The position numbers and the translations under genes are program-made. Shown here in pieces: positions 61,930 to 64,000 of a DNA stretch of 64,000 nt; positions within the stretch are counted from its first letter, which is position 1, and each line of letters begins with the position of its first letter. The notes under the pieces were generated by a model. The model ran no database searches. It was not told the DNA's origin and saw only the letters and a list, made by a program, of their open reading frames with translations. This DNA comes from Octopus bimaculoides (Eukaryota). The DNA lies in NCBI RefSeq assembly GCF_001194135.2, contig NC_068985.1, forward strand, positions 7,865,390 to 7,929,389, in the 5' to 3' direction.

Positions 61930-63593
61930 ATCAGGTTGTCCTTGAGAGAGGCATACCCAATGACTGGTGTAGCAACATTACAATCAACTACTACAAAGGT
62001 AAAGGTGATGCTTTAGAAATAATTACAGAGGTATCATTACTGAACCAGGTCATGAAAATTACAGTGAAGGTCATAGCTCACCTAATTAGAAAGAAAGTTT
62101 GTCTAGATGGGATGCAGTTTAGTTTTGTGCTACGGAGAAGCACTACTGATGATTATCTTCTTGGTAAGGCAACGACTGGAGAAGAATGTAGCCAAAAATA
62201 AACCTCTCTACTTGGCTTTTGATGACACAGAGAAAGCCTTTGACAGGTTCTCTCACTCCCTTATCTGGTGGTAAGTGTGGAAGTTAGGGATAGATGAGTG
62301 GTTGGTGAGAGATGTGCAAGCCATATAGAGGGATGCTGTCAGTGAAGTGAAAATCGGCAATAGGTATAGCGAATTTAGTGTACAAGTAGGAGTTCACCAA
62401 GGATTGGTTCTCATCTCCCTCTTGTGAGTCGTAGTTCTTTAGTCCAGGAGCTCCTCTAAGTTGATGACCTTGTTCTTATAGCTAAATCACTACCATAATT
62501 TCAGGTGTGCAAACAAGGCCTGGAATCAAAGGGCCTTAAAGTTAAATGAACAAAAACCTAAGTCCTAGTAAGTTGGAAAGCATACACATTAGATTCTTAG
62601 AAGTAGTAGACAGCTTCTGTTACCTTCACAACTGAGTTAGCAATGAAGGAAGATGATTTGAAAGTGTGGTTGAGAATAAGGACAGGCTGGGCAAAGTTCA
62701 GAGAGCTACTACTTTTGTTGGTAACAAAAGCCTCTCCCTCAGAGTGCAAGACATTGTATGATACCTGTGTACAACTATGCTACATGGCAGTGAAACATGG
62801 GCTGTGACTACAGAGGGCATGCGCAGGCTTGAAAGAAATGAAACCAGCATGCTCCACTGGATGAGTAGTCAGTGTGCAGGTTCCACTGTGTGTAAATGAT
62901 TTTAGAGAAAGGTTGAGTATAAGTGGAATCAGATGTAAGAGTGAAAACTACTTGTATGGTCATGTGATGTGTATGGATGAGGACAGCTGTACCAAGAAGT
63001 ATCACTCTCTAATTATGGATGGAACGTGCAAGGGATAGATCCAGGAAGATGTGGGATGAAGTGGTGAGAAAGGGTCTTCAGATCTCAAGCCTCACAGGAA
63101 ATGACAAGGGACTGAGACTTCTGGCGATTTTCTGTGAAGCTAAGTAAATTTTCCTTTATGATCATGCCCCACTCTCTCACACACACACGTAATCTATCAG
63201 AACTCCTTCACCTACTGCAGGCCCCTCTGCACTCTCTCCATGCCCTCACATATCTACCATACTTCCCTCCCATCCACTCCAATTTCTTTCATCATCACTT
63301 GCTACCGTCATGTCTTCTCCATCTCTAAACACCTCCCCTCATGCTACTTGGTGACAACACTGGTGCAGGTGTCACACAAAAAGTACGTGTGCTGGTGCCA
63401 CATTAAATGCACCCAGTACACTCTGTAAAGTGGTTGGCATTAGGAAGGACATCCAGCTGTAGAAGCCATGCCAGAGCATACAGTGAGTTCTGGTGTTGCT
63501 CACCAACTTACCAGCTCCTGTCAAACTGTCCAACTTACACGAGCATGGAAAATGGACGTTTAATTATGATGATGATGATGATGATGATGATGA
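61930..63593 (+). mobile_element. 5'-truncated RTE LINE (RT domain to (GAT)n tail) in intron 14
   Basis: GIPNDWCSNITINYYKGKGDAL; MQFSF..STTD; LYLAFDDTEKAFDR; VGVHQGLVL; RTGWAKFRELL; GSETWAVT; tail as in the SINEs. Confidence 0.9.
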
Positions 63594-64000
63594 TATATTG
63601 GTTAGTTACAGGTGGAATGATAAAAGCTGACCTATCACTAAACAACAATACTAAGCACAACATTCAAAGTGATAATGAAAATTAGTGGTATTCATCCTTT
63701 CTAATGGTGAGTGAGAGTATTTAGGAAGCAAAACATGGCTAGCATTGAGAGTCACTTGATATATATCTCTACTTAATCTTACAAGAATATGCGATCTGTT
63801 TGTCTGTCTGTCTCTAGGGTGGATAGGTGTATATTAAACTAATGACTATTTTACCTTTTAGCTGAGTATTCTCCCTTGTGATGGCATTACAGCAAGGTTG
63901 GAATTTCTAGACTGACTGCATGTTGAGATAAGTGGTTTGCTTGTTAATAACTCCTCTGATCACAGTTCTGCTCTGAGATATATATATATATATATATATA

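Noticed and set aside
63612-63687. Candidate final USP36 exon after ttacag
   Set aside because: It translates GGMIKADLSLNNNTKHNIQSDNEN* with no resemblance to the expected C-terminus; weak acceptor.

Overview
AT-rich, repeat-dense eukaryotic DNA. It looks like octopus/cephalopod sequence, inferred from the SINE/LINE families; there are three N-gaps. The one host gene I can support is a + strand USP36/USP42-family deubiquitinase. I reconstructed 14 coding exons (34474-61846; 4063 nt, about 1354 codons) with GT-AG junctions whose phases all match, and an intact Cys/His/Asp triad. The last exon(s) lie beyond the window. The rest is decayed mobile DNA: RTE and R4/Dong-like LINE pieces, tRNA-derived and RTE-tailed SINEs, mariner, maT, hAT and Chapaev-like transposase remnants, and several MITE families. 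The most interesting signals are RNA-structural: (i) a short repeat carrying a Penelope-type minimal hammerhead ribozyme motif, near-intact antisense at 26788-26829, and lacking its cleavage triplet in a sense-strand intronic copy with a 14-bp target-site duplication (57771-57965); (ii) a perfect 34-bp foldback hairpin in a decayed intronic LINE (56370-56441); (iii) near-identical inverted repeats in and around the gene's largest exon (possible ADAR or circRNA substrates); (iv) a pure AGT/AAT Ser-Asn tract in the CDS. Family names come from recalled motifs, not database searches.
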